Shown: positions 49,429 through 60,501, numbered from the stretch's first letter. The stretch: 64,000 nt of DNA from an uncultured Desulfatitalea sp. (GCA_963668675.2 CAXXMB010000002.1:1472001-1536000), one strand, 5' to 3'. The notes: generated by a model not told the origin, from the letters alone. Numbers and translations: made by a program.

Positions 49429-49507
49429 ATCCCAGCAGAACCGCCTCAGCACTCGTTCTCAATTCAATCCATATCCCAATCCCAATAAACCGAAAAGGAG
49501 GTCCCAC

Positions 49508-49984
49508 GTGGAGTTTCAGCTGATTCATTTCAGAGATGCAGACAAGATCATCGAGGAAAAAGCCATGGTCTCAGATGTAGCCATGACCATGGAATATGTA
49601 TTTAACACCTTAGAAGGCTCATTGTATCGAGGAGAGCTGCTTCGGCTCGCGCTTGATGAGATGGGATGGCGGGAAAATGGCGCGCTGAATGTGTTGCCTG
49701 GTCGCCGCTATCAATACAAAGGATTTAAACGGGGAGTCGCCATCGATGGGAGTTTTGCCGCTTACGAGTATATCATCGAAGGCCTTATGCGTCTTCAGAT
49801 CGGATTCGACAAGGGAAATGTTGAAACCGGTATCTTGATGCTGACGGCCAAACGCAGCGAGAACAGTCCCTATAGCGATATCGTGAGTATGGTGACAGAG
49901 GACGTTGAATCACTCTATCCGACCATATCCATGCCGGTATCGATCTGCCTGTTTGACCTGGGAGAACCGTATTTGCCCGAATAG
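49508..49984 (+). CDS. Hypothetical protein, BglII/BstYI-like restriction fold with degenerate active site
   Basis: GTG at 49508 with AAGGAGG; GFKRGVAIDGSFAAYEY...VETGILM resembles the BglII-family core. Confidence 0.4.
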   Translation: MEFQLIHFRDADKIIEEKAMVSDVAMTMEYVFNTLEGSLYRGELLRLALDEMGWRENGALNVLPGRRYQYKGFKRGVAIDGSFAAYEYIIEGLMRLQIGFDKGNVETGILMLTAKRSENSPYSDIVSMVTEDVESLYPTISMPVSICLFDLGEPYLPE

Positions 49985-49998
49985 CTGGAGGTGATGAC

Positions 49999-50157
49999 AT
50001 GGCCTATCCATTCGAACCGAGGAGCAACCGCAGGAGATTGACCGGTAAGCGTAAGACTGAAGATGCTCTTGGTAAGGATAAGAGGAAAGAACGTCATACC
50101 CGCATTGAGCGAAAAGCCTGCCGAAAGAGATCCATACCTGAAACAACAACCAAGTGA
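49999..50157 (+). CDS. Small basic hypothetical protein (52 aa)
   Basis: Manual ORF MAYPFEPRSNRRRLTGKRK..., RBS GGAGGT. Confidence 0.4.
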   Translation: MAYPFEPRSNRRRLTGKRKTEDALGKDKRKERHTRIERKACRKRSIPETTTK

Positions 50158-50231
50158 GTCCTCTTATCGTTATCCCGTCTGTGTGAACAATCACCATCAA
50201 CTTTACTTCGATTTCAAAAAAGGAGACCTAT

Positions 50232-51158
50232 ATGCAAAAACTAACCACTCTTGAAAAAGTCTTTGACCGTGTGGATGCGATGTCGGCGTCCTGCTATGAC
50301 CAGAATATCGATGTGCCCGACATATCCTTTGATAACCTTGAAACTGTGCGCATTGCAGGTGAACCCCATCCGTTAAGACCTGTTGCGCAACGATCTCTAT
50401 CCAATCGCCTTGGGATTCCTTATCCGTATTTGACACGATGCCCTTTCGATGTGCAGGCCCTAAACCTGAATCATTGGATCCAGCATGAGAAAAATGACCA
50501 GCTGTTGTTTCGGTTCGATGGCGATGCCGTCAGGGCGGTGTTTACGACCAAGTATATCCCCGTGGACAACTTCGAAGTGATGGAGCGGTTGGATTCTCTG
50601 GGATATAAACCGGAGACTCAAGTCCAGTGTCATCTTGATTCGGAGTTCATGTCATTGAGCATCCCCGATGGTCAGAAGGCGTTTGACATCAACGGTGATA
50701 AATTCAAACCGGGCATCTCGATATCCAATTCTGAAGTGGGTCTTGCGTCACTGTCTATTGCGGCGTTTGTGCTACGTTTGGTCTGTACAAATGGTGCCAT
50801 CACTAAATCGGATGTGTCGGCGTCTTATCGACATGTGAGCACCAAGATCTTGAGTGAATTTCCCCAGGTGATGGACAAGGTGTCAATGGAGTTGGGTGCT
50901 CAACGGCAGCAGTTCAAGTTGTCGATGGAATCCCCTGTCGATGATCCATCCGCGACGCTTGCCAGTTTCAATCGTCAGTTTGGTTTGAGTGGAGGTGAGA
51001 AAGATGCTGTGGAATGGGCCTGGCCTCAGGAAGCGGGTGATACGATGTTTCATGTGGTCAACACGTATACCAGGGCCGCCCAGATGGAGGCATTACCTGC
51101 GGAATCGAGTTTTCGATTGTCGAAAGTTGGCGGGAATATATTGGGGATGCTGAACTGA
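50232..51158 (+). CDS. DUF932-family protein
   Basis: ISNSEVG...FVLRLVCTNG and YRH motifs. Confidence 0.8.
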   Translation: MQKLTTLEKVFDRVDAMSASCYDQNIDVPDISFDNLETVRIAGEPHPLRPVAQRSLSNRLGIPYPYLTRCPFDVQALNLNHWIQHEKNDQLLFRFDGDAVRAVFTTKYIPVDNFEVMERLDSLGYKPETQVQCHLDSEFMSLSIPDGQKAFDINGDKFKPGISISNSEVGLASLSIAAFVLRLVCTNGAITKSDVSASYRHVSTKILSEFPQVMDKVSMELGAQRQQFKLSMESPVDDPSATLASFNRQFGLSGGEKDAVEWAWPQEAGDTMFHVVNTYTRAAQMEALPAESSFRLSKVGGNILGMLN

Positions 51159-51194
51159 ATTGGAATCAGGTTGGTTTTCTGTGAGGTAGGGAGG

Positions 51195-51243
51195 ATATGG
51201 CCCGGTAGGTTTGGATGGGGAGCCGGGCCATATTTATTTTTTC
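51195..51243 (+). terminator. Probable intrinsic terminator
   Basis: ATATGGCCCGG ... CCGGGCCATAT followed by TTATTTTTT. Confidence 0.6.
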
Positions 51244-51456
51244 ATACAATAGGAAGGTTCACTCTATAGGATGTTCAGCAAATATCTGTAGTCAGACTTC
51301 GGTCTGAGGGTAGGTATTGTAGACACAAGTTTTAGCAGGTTTGAAATCCTTGTGGTTAATAGCAGCTACCTGCTTAAGTATAGGTTTGTCAGTGTAATAG
51401 CAATTTAATGCTGTTTATATTGCGAAAAAGCTGATTGGATATCGTAAAGGATAAAA

Positions 51457-54279
51457 TTAACGCATACCCAATATTTTCATTCGCTTATAAAGACTCGTAC
51501 GCTTCATTCCAAGCAATGCTGCGGCACCGTCTGCACCGGCAATCTTGCCTCTCGTTTTTTCAAGCACAAACCGAATATAGCGACGCTGTACCTCCTCCAA
51601 GCTCGGCGCGTCTTCAAATGGGTGGCCGCCTGCCATACGATTTTGTCCGGTCGGCAGGCTCAGTTCAAGTAAGTCACTACCAGAAAGCAGCACCGACCGT
51701 TCAATGGTATTCTCCAATTCGCGGACGTTTCCCGGCCAATCGTAGTCTTTGAGCGCGGCTTCACTCTTTATAGTCAGCTTTTGGGGCGGCCGGTTGTGTT
51801 TGCCGGTGAAACGTTCGATGAATTGTCTGGCCAATAGCAGGATATCGTCTCCCCGTTCCCGGAGAGGGGGAAGGACGATTGGAATAACATTCAACCGATA
51901 ATAGAGATCCTCGCGGAAACGCCCTGCCTTGACTTCCTCTTCAAGGTTTCGGTTCGTGGCGACGATCAGGCGGAAGTTGGAAGACAGCGTCTTGGTGCCA
52001 CCGACACGAACCAAGGTTTTTTCCTGGACGGTACGCAGCAGCTTCACTTGAATGCTCATGGGGATCTCGCCGACCTCGTCGATGAACAACGTACCGTTAT
52101 CCGCCAGTTCGATCCGGCCCGTCTTCTGTCGGTCGGCACCGGTAAATGCCCCCTTTTCATGCCCGAACAGCTCGCTCTCCACCAACGTTTCGGGGATTGC
52201 TGTCGGATCCACCACCACCAGGGGATGATTCCGGCGCTGACTACAGTTGTGGATGCGCCGCGCTAAAAGCTCCTTGCCCACGCCCGTTTCACCAAGAATC
52301 AGTACCGTGCTGTCCGTCTCGGCAATGCGATCGGCCTGTTCCAGGATTTTTTGGAGGGCTGGACTGCATCCGATGATTTCGCGTTGATCGAGTTGCCCGA
52401 TACGGCTCAACCGCCCCGTGGTTCTTAGTTCCATCCTCTGGGTGAAGTTGATCAAGTGGCCGACGTATTGAGACAGCGATTTGGCCATGCGGGCCAGTTG
52501 ATCGGTGGTGAATCGGTCGAAGCAGTCGTTAACATATGCATTGTCGTGATAGAGCACACCTTTGACCTGACCCTCGATTTGAAAAGGGACGGCCATCATC
52601 GCACGGACCTGGCTTGGAAAGGAGGCACCGCCCAGATTGCGTACCACTTGAGGCCGATTTTCCCGGAATGAATTGAATACAGCTGTCAAGTTGGGTCGAA
52701 AATCTTCGGCATCAATTTCAGATTTAAAAAGATTGCATGATGCCCGGAGTATCGGCGCGCCTTTTGAATGTTTGCCTCGGAACCAGAAGATCCCCCCACG
52801 CTCGGCGCCAAAGAATCGGTTCGTGGCATGCACCATCCTCTGAAGCAGTTCCTCCGGATCATCGCTGGGGATGAGGTCCTGGATCATGGCGCTGAACATA
52901 TCCACCAGTTCTTCCCGCGCCGCATATTCCGCAGTATTGCTGGCCGTATCGACCAGCATGCGTCTCAGGTCGTCCGGGTAAAACACATCGCTGTATCCCG
53001 AAAAGTTTTTCCATGCTTTTTGCGCCAATTGGCGGGCAGCTACAGGATCGTCCTGACTGAGTTTCAACCGAGTCATGGCAATGCGGGTCTTTCCCAGTTG
53101 GATCGGATCACCGGATTGTAGCAACAAGGTTTCACTCTGCTTGAGATCTGCTTCGATTTTCTCATGCGAAACCATACCCTTGGAAAGGTCATCCAGCGCC
53201 CCGAGCCTCAGCACAACTCCCTGCAGATGAATGTTCTCTTCGTCCATCAGGCGCCGATATTCATCGATAAAGTTAAGGTTCGGAATCGGGGCCATTCCGT
53301 TGCGGTGATATTCGAAAATAACTTCTAATACAAATGGAGAGGCATACTGGCGAATCAACCCTGCCTTGGCACCTTCGACAACGGTCCGGACCAACCATTG
53401 TCGGGATTCTTCAAGGCGACCTTCCTCCATGTGGTGAAATGCCAATCCCCCCATGGCAAAGTAGCTGGCCAGGGTATTCTGGGTTTGGGTTCCCTCCTGA
53501 AGCGCTCCTGACAGGTGATATGCGGCCTCTTTGGCCTTTTTAATCCGGACAAGAAAGATTCCCAGCACGGCCCTGAGCGTGGTTGCCAGCGTACGGTCCC
53601 CTCGTTCGATAGCCAAACGCCTGTAATAATCCAATGTGCCGATTGCCTGGTGAAACTGGCCAATAAATGCGGCGCAGTAACTCAACCACATGGTACCGGA
53701 GTGACCCTGTTCGCCAAACTCAAACTGCCTGGCCGCCTCCTCGAAATATGGCATGGCATCGGGGTAGCGTCCCTGAATGAACAAATAGAGACCGATCAGC
53801 TCTGCAGCGTTTGCAGCGATGTCTTCATCGCCTAAGGCTTCAACTTCGGCTTTGCCCCGTGCGAAAACCTCCATGGCCAGGTGGCGTTGTTCGCCGAAAT
53901 AATAGAGGCGTCCCAAGTGAAGATTGATCATGGCCGCCGAGCGCTTATCCCCGAGACGGTCAGCGGCCTCCAGCGCCCTTTTTAAAAGATCAATCAGTCG
54001 GTCAAACCCTTTGCCTACAACGAACGACGCTTTAGCCAGTTCAAGGCTGGTGCCGACGAACAATGCATCGCGTTCGGTTGAAGCCGGTTGATTGTCGAGC
54101 CATGACAACACCTGGTTCAGGTGCTTCCAAGAGGCCTCATAGTCACCCGGACGTCCGCTCCTGTCCGAGCTGTTGCTTGTGACCAGAGGGTGCGACGGAT
54201 CCTGGGTAATGTCATAGCCGTCCATATCTATCCCCTTCTTTTTTGTTCCGCATCCAACCGCCAGACCAACTTCATGCAT
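51457..54279 (-). CDS. Sigma54-dependent enhancer-binding regulator (TPR-like + GAF + AAA+ + Fis HTH)
   Basis: [42 protein letters not shown]; real start may be 54225. Confidence 0.93.
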   Translation of the reverse strand: MHEVGLAVGCGTKKKGIDMDGYDITQDPSHPLVTSNSSDRSGRPGDYEASWKHLNQVLSWLDNQPASTERDALFVGTSLELAKASFVVGKGFDRLIDLLKRALEAADRLGDKRSAAMINLHLGRLYYFGEQRHLAMEVFARGKAEVEALGDEDIAANAAELIGLYLFIQGRYPDAMPYFEEAARQFEFGEQGHSGTMWLSYCAAFIGQFHQAIGTLDYYRRLAIERGDRTLATTLRAVLGIFLVRIKKAKEAAYHLSGALQEGTQTQNTLASYFAMGGLAFHHMEEGRLEESRQWLVRTVVEGAKAGLIRQYASPFVLEVIFEYHRNGMAPIPNLNFIDEYRRLMDEENIHLQGVVLRLGALDDLSKGMVSHEKIEADLKQSETLLLQSGDPIQLGKTRIAMTRLKLSQDDPVAARQLAQKAWKNFSGYSDVFYPDDLRRMLVDTASNTAEYAAREELVDMFSAMIQDLIPSDDPEELLQRMVHATNRFFGAERGGIFWFRGKHSKGAPILRASCNLFKSEIDAEDFRPNLTAVFNSFRENRPQVVRNLGGASFPSQVRAMMAVPFQIEGQVKGVLYHDNAYVNDCFDRFTTDQLARMAKSLSQYVGHLINFTQRMELRTTGRLSRIGQLDQREIIGCSPALQKILEQADRIAETDSTVLILGETGVGKELLARRIHNCSQRRNHPLVVVDPTAIPETLVESELFGHEKGAFTGADRQKTGRIELADNGTLFIDEVGEIPMSIQVKLLRTVQEKTLVRVGGTKTLSSNFRLIVATNRNLEEEVKAGRFREDLYYRLNVIPIVLPPLRERGDDILLLARQFIERFTGKHNRPPQKLTIKSEAALKDYDWPGNVRELENTIERSVLLSGSDLLELSLPTGQNRMAGGHPFEDAPSLEEVQRRYIRFVLEKTRGKIAGADGAAALLGMKRTSLYKRMKILGMR

Positions 54280-54313
54280 TTAGCCATTGGCAACGGCATT
54301 TCGTCAAGCAATA

Positions 54314-54352
54314 TGTCCCCATGGGGACACAAATTTCGACCCCATGGGGACA
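54314..54352. promoter_or_regulatory. Tandem palindromic upstream activator sites
   Basis: Perfect 16-bp palindrome TGTCCCCATGGGGACA (54314-29) and a near-copy CGACCCCATGGGGACA (54337-52). Confidence 0.75.
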
Positions 54353-54413
54353 CCGTGAAGACAATAAGTATTTTTTGTTATTATAATTCAATTGGTTATG
54401 GATTTTCAACTTA

Positions 54414-54429
54414 TGGCACCAAGGTTGCT
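54414..54429 (+). promoter_or_regulatory. Sigma54 (-24/-12) promoter
   Basis: TGGCAC-CAAGG-TTGCT matches TGGCAC-N5-TTGC. Confidence 0.85.
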
Positions 54430-54543
54430 GCTATGGGTAGCATTAAATGAATCACGTCCATTATCTAAACTTTATCCGAAGTACTGCGAGAAATACAGCA
54501 TCACCATGTAAGAAAGCATGACTGTGAAAAAAGGAGTAAAGAA

Positions 54544-56139
54544 ATGACTGACAGCAAGATACCTGGATTTTTTTCCTACGAACTTGATGCCAAAGCGGAA
54601 GACAATCCGGATTTTGAAATTATTACGTTTGCAAACGGAAATTACGCCGACGAAGTGTTGACGTATAAAAAGATCGTTAGCAACGGGCGCAGGCTTGCCA
54701 AAAAACTCAAGGACGAAGGATTCGGCAAAGGCGATGTACTCGCTCTGTTGATGCGCAACCACCCCGAATTTGTCTATTCACTCTATGCGACAAATGTTCT
54801 CGGAACCGTTCTGTTGCCCATCGACCCAAGAACAAAAGGCGAAAGACTGGCATTTGTCCTAAAAGATTCCAAGGCCAAAGGGGTGATTTTTACCACCGAA
54901 TTTAAAGAAAGCGCCCTGCCGGTATTAAAGGACCTTCCGAATATCGATGTCATTGGCGCCGTCTGCAAGGAATGGATGGAACCAGCCGCAGACTTGCCGG
55001 CTCTGGAAGATGTCTGGAAGGAACCGGAAGCAGCCCTTCCCGAAGACCGCTGTGACGACATAAATGCGATCATGGAGATTATCTACACATCCGGAACAAC
55101 CGGCGACCCCAAAGGGGTTGTGTTAAAAAACACCCGCCTGGCGCCATTCGGTATGCTGGCCAAAAACGTGTTCCAATACAACGAGAATGACAAATTGTAC
55201 ACCGGGCTTTCCCTGACCCATGGCAATGCCCAAGCTGTCACCATGATTCCGTCCCTCTATCTGGGAATTCCTTCCGTTATCAGCACAACATTTACCAAAA
55301 GTCGGATATGGGACATCTGTCGGAAATATGGCTGCACTGCTTTTTCCCTGCTCGGCGGCATGATGATGGGCATCTTCAGTGAACCTACAAAAAGGAACGA
55401 TGCAGACAACCCGGTCCGTCTTGTCCTGAGTGCCGGTACGCCCTCCGCCATCTGGGAAGCTTTTGAAGAGCGATTCGGACTGTTCATCCATGAATGGTAT
55501 GGCGCCGTGGAGGGCGGTTTTGCCCACAAACCCCCGGGAGTAGGACCCATTGGTTCCTTCGGCAAACCCCTGGACGGCGTCATGGAAATGAGAGTCGTCA
55601 GGGAAGATGATTCTGAATGCGATCCGTTTGAAATCGGTGAAATTGTTGGCCGGGCCATCGGACAGAAAATCGAAGTGGAATATTTCGGCAAAAAGGAGGC
55701 TTCGGAAAAGAAAACCAGGGGCGGCTGGTTCAGGAGCGGAGATATGGGGCACCGGGATGAAAACGGCTGGTTCTTTTTTGATTTCAGGAAAGGCGGCGGG
55801 CTGCGACGCTCAGGTGATTTCATTCAACCAGGCCATGTGGAGGCAACCTTTGCCAAACATCCAGATGTCACAGACGTCTGCGTCTACGGTATCCCGGCAG
55901 CGTCCGGCGCACCCGGAGAAAGTGATCTTGTAGCGGCCATCGTGCTGACAGAAGGATCGACGCTTGCCATCAGCTCACTTTATGATCATTGCAAAGAGCT
56001 GCTGGACGGCAACAGCATCCCTTCGTATCTGCAGGTTGTCGATGAAATCCCCAAAACGGCTTCGGAGAAAAACCTGGATCGTTTTCTTAAGAATGAATTC
56101 AGCCAAAATGCGGATAACGTGCATTCATTCGTAAAATAG
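54544..56139 (+). CDS. Acyl-CoA synthetase (CaiC-like AMP-binding enzyme)
   Basis: YTSGTTGDPKG, WYGAVE, WFRSGDMG, IPKTASEK. Confidence 0.9.
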   Translation: MTDSKIPGFFSYELDAKAEDNPDFEIITFANGNYADEVLTYKKIVSNGRRLAKKLKDEGFGKGDVLALLMRNHPEFVYSLYATNVLGTVLLPIDPRTKGERLAFVLKDSKAKGVIFTTEFKESALPVLKDLPNIDVIGAVCKEWMEPAADLPALEDVWKEPEAALPEDRCDDINAIMEIIYTSGTTGDPKGVVLKNTRLAPFGMLAKNVFQYNENDKLYTGLSLTHGNAQAVTMIPSLYLGIPSVISTTFTKSRIWDICRKYGCTAFSLLGGMMMGIFSEPTKRNDADNPVRLVLSAGTPSAIWEAFEERFGLFIHEWYGAVEGGFAHKPPGVGPIGSFGKPLDGVMEMRVVREDDSECDPFEIGEIVGRAIGQKIEVEYFGKKEASEKKTRGGWFRSGDMGHRDENGWFFFDFRKGGGLRRSGDFIQPGHVEATFAKHPDVTDVCVYGIPAASGAPGESDLVAAIVLTEGSTLAISSLYDHCKELLDGNSIPSYLQVVDEIPKTASEKNLDRFLKNEFSQNADNVHSFVK

Positions 56140-56155
56140 GGGGAAAGGAAGAACA

Positions 56156-57394
56156 ATGTCTAATGTATATATAATCGGTCTGGGTATGATCCGGTTCAAC
56201 AAATATCCGGACAGGGGCGTGCGGGACATGGCCCATGAGGCCGCCCACCTGGCACTTTCCGATGCCGGCCTTGAATCCAAAGACCTGGAGGCGGCCTTTT
56301 TCTCCAACACGTTCTGGGGCATGTTCTCCAACCAGCACTCCATCAAAGGCCAGGTGGTGCTTAGATCCATGGGGATCGACACCATTCCGGTCACCAATGT
56401 GGAGAATGCCTGTGCCGGGGCATCCACGGCGCTGCATCTGGCTTATACCGGGATAAAGGCAGGGATGTATGACGTGGCCCTGGCTCTGGGATCGGAGAAA
56501 ATAACCGACAAGGACAAGGCCAAATCCCTTGCTGCCTATGCGGCTGCCATGGACGTGGAAAATTTTGAAGCCCACATGGAGATGATGACAGGTTACGCTA
56601 AAAAATTCACACAAGGGCTCGGTATTGAAGACACCGCGCCGGGTGCGGGAAGATCCATATTTATGGATGCTTACGCGACCTTTGCCCGTTGGCATATGAG
56701 CAAATTTGGTTCCACCCAGAAGCAGTTGGCCGTGATTGCGGCCAAGAACCATTTTCACGGTTCGCTCAACCCCATGGCCCAGTACCAGATGAACATGACG
56801 GCGGAAGAGGTTCTTGCGGATCAGCCTATTACCTATCCTTTGACGCGTTCCATGTGCGCTCCGGTTGGGGACGGCGCTGCCGCCGCCATCATCTGTTCTG
56901 ATAAATACCTGAAAAAACTGACCGGGGCCCGGCCGGTCAAGATACGGGCCTCCATCTTGGGCTCCGGATCAGACCGGGATTTTGACGGCATTGATATCGG
57001 GGAGCGTTTAGTAAAGCAGGCCTATGAGAAAGCAGGTCTGGGACCCCAGGATATCAGCCTCGCTGAACTGCACGATGCCACAGCCTATGGAGAGCTCCAC
57101 CAGGTGGAGGCCATGGGGTTCTGCCCCGTGGGCGAAGGTGGCATCTGGGCGGAATCAGGCGCCACAACCCTTGGCGGCAAGCAGCCGGTCAACACCAGCG
57201 GGGGCCTGGAAACCCGCGGTCATCCGATTGGCGCTTCCGGACTTGCCCAGATTTATGAACTGGGGTTGCAGCTCCGGGGGGAAGCCGGCAAACGCCAGGT
57301 GGAAGAAGCAAAAATGGGACTGGCCGAGAACGGCGGCGGCAACATCGGCATTGAGGAAGCCTCTATGTGTATCCATATATTGGAAAAAGTGTAA
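56156..57394 (+). CDS. Thiolase family protein (SCP-x type)
   Basis: VENACAGAS, DGAAA, ELHDA, NTSGGL...GHPIGASG. Confidence 0.9.
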   Translation: MSNVYIIGLGMIRFNKYPDRGVRDMAHEAAHLALSDAGLESKDLEAAFFSNTFWGMFSNQHSIKGQVVLRSMGIDTIPVTNVENACAGASTALHLAYTGIKAGMYDVALALGSEKITDKDKAKSLAAYAAAMDVENFEAHMEMMTGYAKKFTQGLGIEDTAPGAGRSIFMDAYATFARWHMSKFGSTQKQLAVIAAKNHFHGSLNPMAQYQMNMTAEEVLADQPITYPLTRSMCAPVGDGAAAAIICSDKYLKKLTGARPVKIRASILGSGSDRDFDGIDIGERLVKQAYEKAGLGPQDISLAELHDATAYGELHQVEAMGFCPVGEGGIWAESGATTLGGKQPVNTSGGLETRGHPIGASGLAQIYELGLQLRGEAGKRQVEEAKMGLAENGGGNIGIEEASMCIHILEKV

Positions 57395-57422
57395 GCCTAT
57401 CTTTTATACAAGAAATTCAAGC

Positions 57423-57563
57423 ATGAATAGAAAATCAATAGTTGTTACCGGTGCAGCGTCTGGCATCGGCCGCGAAACAGCCCTTTACTTTGCTGGCAAG
57501 GACTGGTTCGTCGGGATAACCGATGTCAACAACCAGGGCCTTGAATATCTCCAGATCCTATAA
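57423..57563 (+). pseudogene. Truncated short-chain dehydrogenase
   Basis: MNRKSIVVTGAASGIGRETA... stops after 46 aa. Confidence 0.8.
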
Positions 57564-57727
57564 TCTACGCGGAGAACAAGGTGCCAGTGTCGGGTAAGAA
57601 ATGACTACCTTAGTAAATCGTGAAATGGCTGATGTCCAGAGGTTCTTTAGCTATTTCGACCCGCGAGGCGCGAAGCAAATCGACTTGGCAGTACGGTAGT
57701 TAATCAAATTGAATGAAGGAGGATGTG

Positions 57728-58705
57728 ATGAACACCTACGTTAAAACAGTTATTATCTTGATGTCGTTGATTGTATCAGCTGCGACGGTCCAAGCTGAAA
57801 CCTTTAAGGTCCTGTCCGGGTTTCCCGTCACGCATTTGTTCACCGAAGGCTGCCTGAATACGTTTGAAAACAATCTCAAGGCTGCCTCCAAGGACCAGAT
57901 GGATTTGCAGATTTTCGGGCCGGATGTGGTCCCCACCAACGAGCAGTTCCAGCCGGTACAGTCAGGCGTCTTTCAGATGCTTTTCACCCATACGGCTTAT
58001 CATATGGGCACCACCGCCATCGGGGTCACTACCGAGGCCATCGATCCGGATCCTGTCAAGCGCCGTGAAAGCGGCATCATCGACTTCATCGACGCCGAGT
58101 ACCAGAAATACGGAATGAGGCTTTTGGCAGTGCTGCCCATGGTCGAGTACAACATCGTCACCAGCAAGCCGATCGGAAAGGAAAGCCCGAGCCTGCAGGG
58201 GCTTAAAATCCGCACTCCGCCCGCAGGGGCTCCCATGATCCAAGCCCTTGGCGGCGCCCCGGTTAGCCTGCCGCCCGGCGAAATATACACGGCTTTGCAG
58301 AAAGGGGTCATCGACGGGTTTACCCTGGTGGCCGTGGGGTTGAAGGATTACAAGATTTACGAGGTGGCCAAGTATCTCGTCCGGCCGAAGTTCGGCTACA
58401 TTTCGCTGGCCATCCTGATGAACGCCGACAAATACAATTCTTTGACAAAGCAGCAGCAGGAATGGATCCAGTCCGCGGCTATAAAGAGTGAAAAGGATGC
58501 CTGGATGTTTTTCAAGAAAAAGCACGAAGAGGAAGTCAAGGAACTGCGGTCGCTGGGGATGGAAATCGTTCAGCTGCCCGAAGCCGATGCCGTGCGCATA
58601 GACAAACTCATGAGCGACACCATCTGGGCCGTGGCTGAGAAGAAATCAGGCGAACCCGTGGCGAACCTTAAAAAATTGGCCCTCGAAAAAGGCATGACCA
58701 AATGA
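57728..58705 (+). CDS. dctP: TRAP transporter substrate-binding protein
   Basis: Signal peptide, GLKIRT, GEIYTALQKGVIDG. Confidence 0.92.
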   Translation: MNTYVKTVIILMSLIVSAATVQAETFKVLSGFPVTHLFTEGCLNTFENNLKAASKDQMDLQIFGPDVVPTNEQFQPVQSGVFQMLFTHTAYHMGTTAIGVTTEAIDPDPVKRRESGIIDFIDAEYQKYGMRLLAVLPMVEYNIVTSKPIGKESPSLQGLKIRTPPAGAPMIQALGGAPVSLPPGEIYTALQKGVIDGFTLVAVGLKDYKIYEVAKYLVRPKFGYISLAILMNADKYNSLTKQQQEWIQSAAIKSEKDAWMFFKKKHEEEVKELRSLGMEIVQLPEADAVRIDKLMSDTIWAVAEKKSGEPVANLKKLALEKGMTK

Positions 58706-59166
58706 TTGACAGAGTTCTGAACGGCATTACGAAGGGCAGTTTTTATCTGGGCGGGCTGGCTTTTGCGCTCATCATCGTCGGCTATGTTCTGGAAGTGGTG
58801 CTGCGGTATTTTTTCAACGCGCCCACTTCCTTTACCAGCGATTTCACCCAATGGTTTTTCGCGGCGATGGTCATGCTGTGCATTCCCGAGGTAACCCGAA
58901 TAAAGGGGCATGTCATCATCAGCTTCTTTCTTGAAAAAATGTCGTCCGGTCATCGAAGCAGGGTGGAACGGACATTGTCCCTGGCCGGCTTTTTGATTTG
59001 CATGACTGCCGCATGGATCTGTTTTTCCGAAACCATGCGGCAGTACCACACCGGTATCCAGACCGAGTGGAACCACCCGATTCCCAAATGGTGGATATCG
59101 GCGGTTATCCCCTACGGGATCGGGTTGGCTGGCCTGCATTTTTTTCGCATCGCATTGAAACGATAG
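58702..59166 (+). CDS. dctQ: TRAP transporter small permease
   Basis: Four TM segments, VVLRYFFNAP. Confidence 0.9.
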   Translation: MIDRVLNGITKGSFYLGGLAFALIIVGYVLEVVLRYFFNAPTSFTSDFTQWFFAAMVMLCIPEVTRIKGHVIISFFLEKMSSGHRSRVERTLSLAGFLICMTAAWICFSETMRQYHTGIQTEWNHPIPKWWISAVIPYGIGLAGLHFFRIALKR

Positions 59167-59187
59167 ATTTTTCGGATAGGAGTTTTT

Positions 59188-60501
59188 ATGGACTGGGTAG
59201 GGAGTTTGAGCGGTGCGGTCGTCATCATGCTGTGCCTTTTTTTCATCGGGCTGCCCGTGTTTCTAACCTTTCTGGTTATCAACATCATCGGCGTCTTCAT
59301 GCTCATGGGGACCTCGGGCTTCGGTATGTTTGCCAACAGCATCTACCAGAGCGTGACCCAGACCTCCTTGGCCGCCGTTCCGCTTTTCATCATTATGGGA
59401 GAAATTCTTTTCAGGTCCGGAACCATTGATATCCTCATCGACTCGGTTGACAAACTTGTGGGTTCGGTCAAGGGGCGTGGATACTATCTGATTACGGTTC
59501 TTTCCACCCTTTTTGGTGCCCTTTGCGGGTCGCCTGTTGCGGTGGCGGCCCTGTTGGGGCGTACGGTCATGCCCGGCATGACCGGCCGGGGTTACAATGT
59601 CCGCCTCACCGCCGGGGCAATCCTGGGCGGTGCCACCCTGGCCGCCATCATTCCGCCGAGTCTGTTGGTGGTTGTGCTGGGTTCCCTGGTAGACGTATCC
59701 ATAGCCGGGCTGCTTATTGCCGGAATCGTTCCAGGCATCCTTCTGGCCGGCATTATGGCTGGTTATATTTTTCTACGCATGCGGATTCACCCTGAACTGG
59801 AACCTGTTGCAGCAGGTGCCAACCTGCAAAAGGTGACAGGCAGGGATCAATTGATGGCAGTCATCCGCATTCTACCTTTCTCTCTGGTCATTTTTTTTGT
59901 GATGGGGTTGATCATGCTGGGAGTGGCCACTCCTTCTGAGTCCGCTGCAACAGGCGTGGTCGGAGCTGTTATTGTTGCCGCAATTTACCGCAAGCTGTCA
60001 CTGAAAATGCTCATGGAATCCGTGCTTTCAACCGTTTCCATTACTGCCATGCTCATGGCTATTCTTCTCAGTTCTCAGCTTTTCGGCCAGCTTCTGGCCT
60101 TTACCGGTGCCACGTCCGGGTTGATGAAAGCCGTAAGCGGACTTTCCCTTTCCGCCGGAGCCATGTTTTTGCTACTCATGGCCGTTCCCTTTTTCCTTTG
60201 CATGTTCATCGACCTGTTTGCTATCATGATGGTTGCCATCCCCATCTACCTGCCGTTGATAAAAATATACGGCTATGAACCTACCTGGTTTTGGATGCTG
60301 TTTGTCATCAACCTGGTCTTGGGCAGCATGACACCGCCTTTTGGATATACACTCTTTTCACTGAAGGGAGCGGCACCGGCGGTTTCGCTGGAAGATATCT
60401 ATGTCGGCGCCTGGCCAATGATGTTTGTGTTCCTCGTGGGGATGGCCATAATGTTTTTCTTTCCATCTCTTGTTTCTTTCTTGCCGGGTGTCTTCAATTG
60501 A
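59188..60501 (+). CDS. dctM: TRAP transporter large permease
   Basis: AVPLFIIMG, IIPPS, ATPSESAA, TPPFG. Confidence 0.93.
   Translation: MDWVGSLSGAVVIMLCLFFIGLPVFLTFLVINIIGVFMLMGTSGFGMFANSIYQSVTQTSLAAVPLFIIMGEILFRSGTIDILIDSVDKLVGSVKGRGYYLITVLSTLFGALCGSPVAVAALLGRTVMPGMTGRGYNVRLTAGAILGGATLAAIIPPSLLVVVLGSLVDVSIAGLLIAGIVPGILLAGIMAGYIFLRMRIHPELEPVAAGANLQKVTGRDQLMAVIRILPFSLVIFFVMGLIMLGVATPSESAATGVVGAVIVAAIYRKLSLKMLMESVLSTVSITAMLMAILLSSQLFGQLLAFTGATSGLMKAVSGLSLSAGAMFLLLMAVPFFLCMFIDLFAIMMVAIPIYLPLIKIYGYEPTWFWMLFVINLVLGSMTPPFGYTLFSLKGAAPAVSLEDIYVGAWPMMFVFLVGMAIMFFFPSLVSFLPGVFN

Larger units (their letters stand above)
8189..51240. mobile_element. Integrative genomic island at tRNA-Gln (minimum extent; right end not located and may lie beyond the window)
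   Basis: Integrase ends 9 bp from the tRNA 3' end; xis, primase-helicase, defence and recombination cargo; visibly AT-richer than the flanking core genes. Confidence 0.85.
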
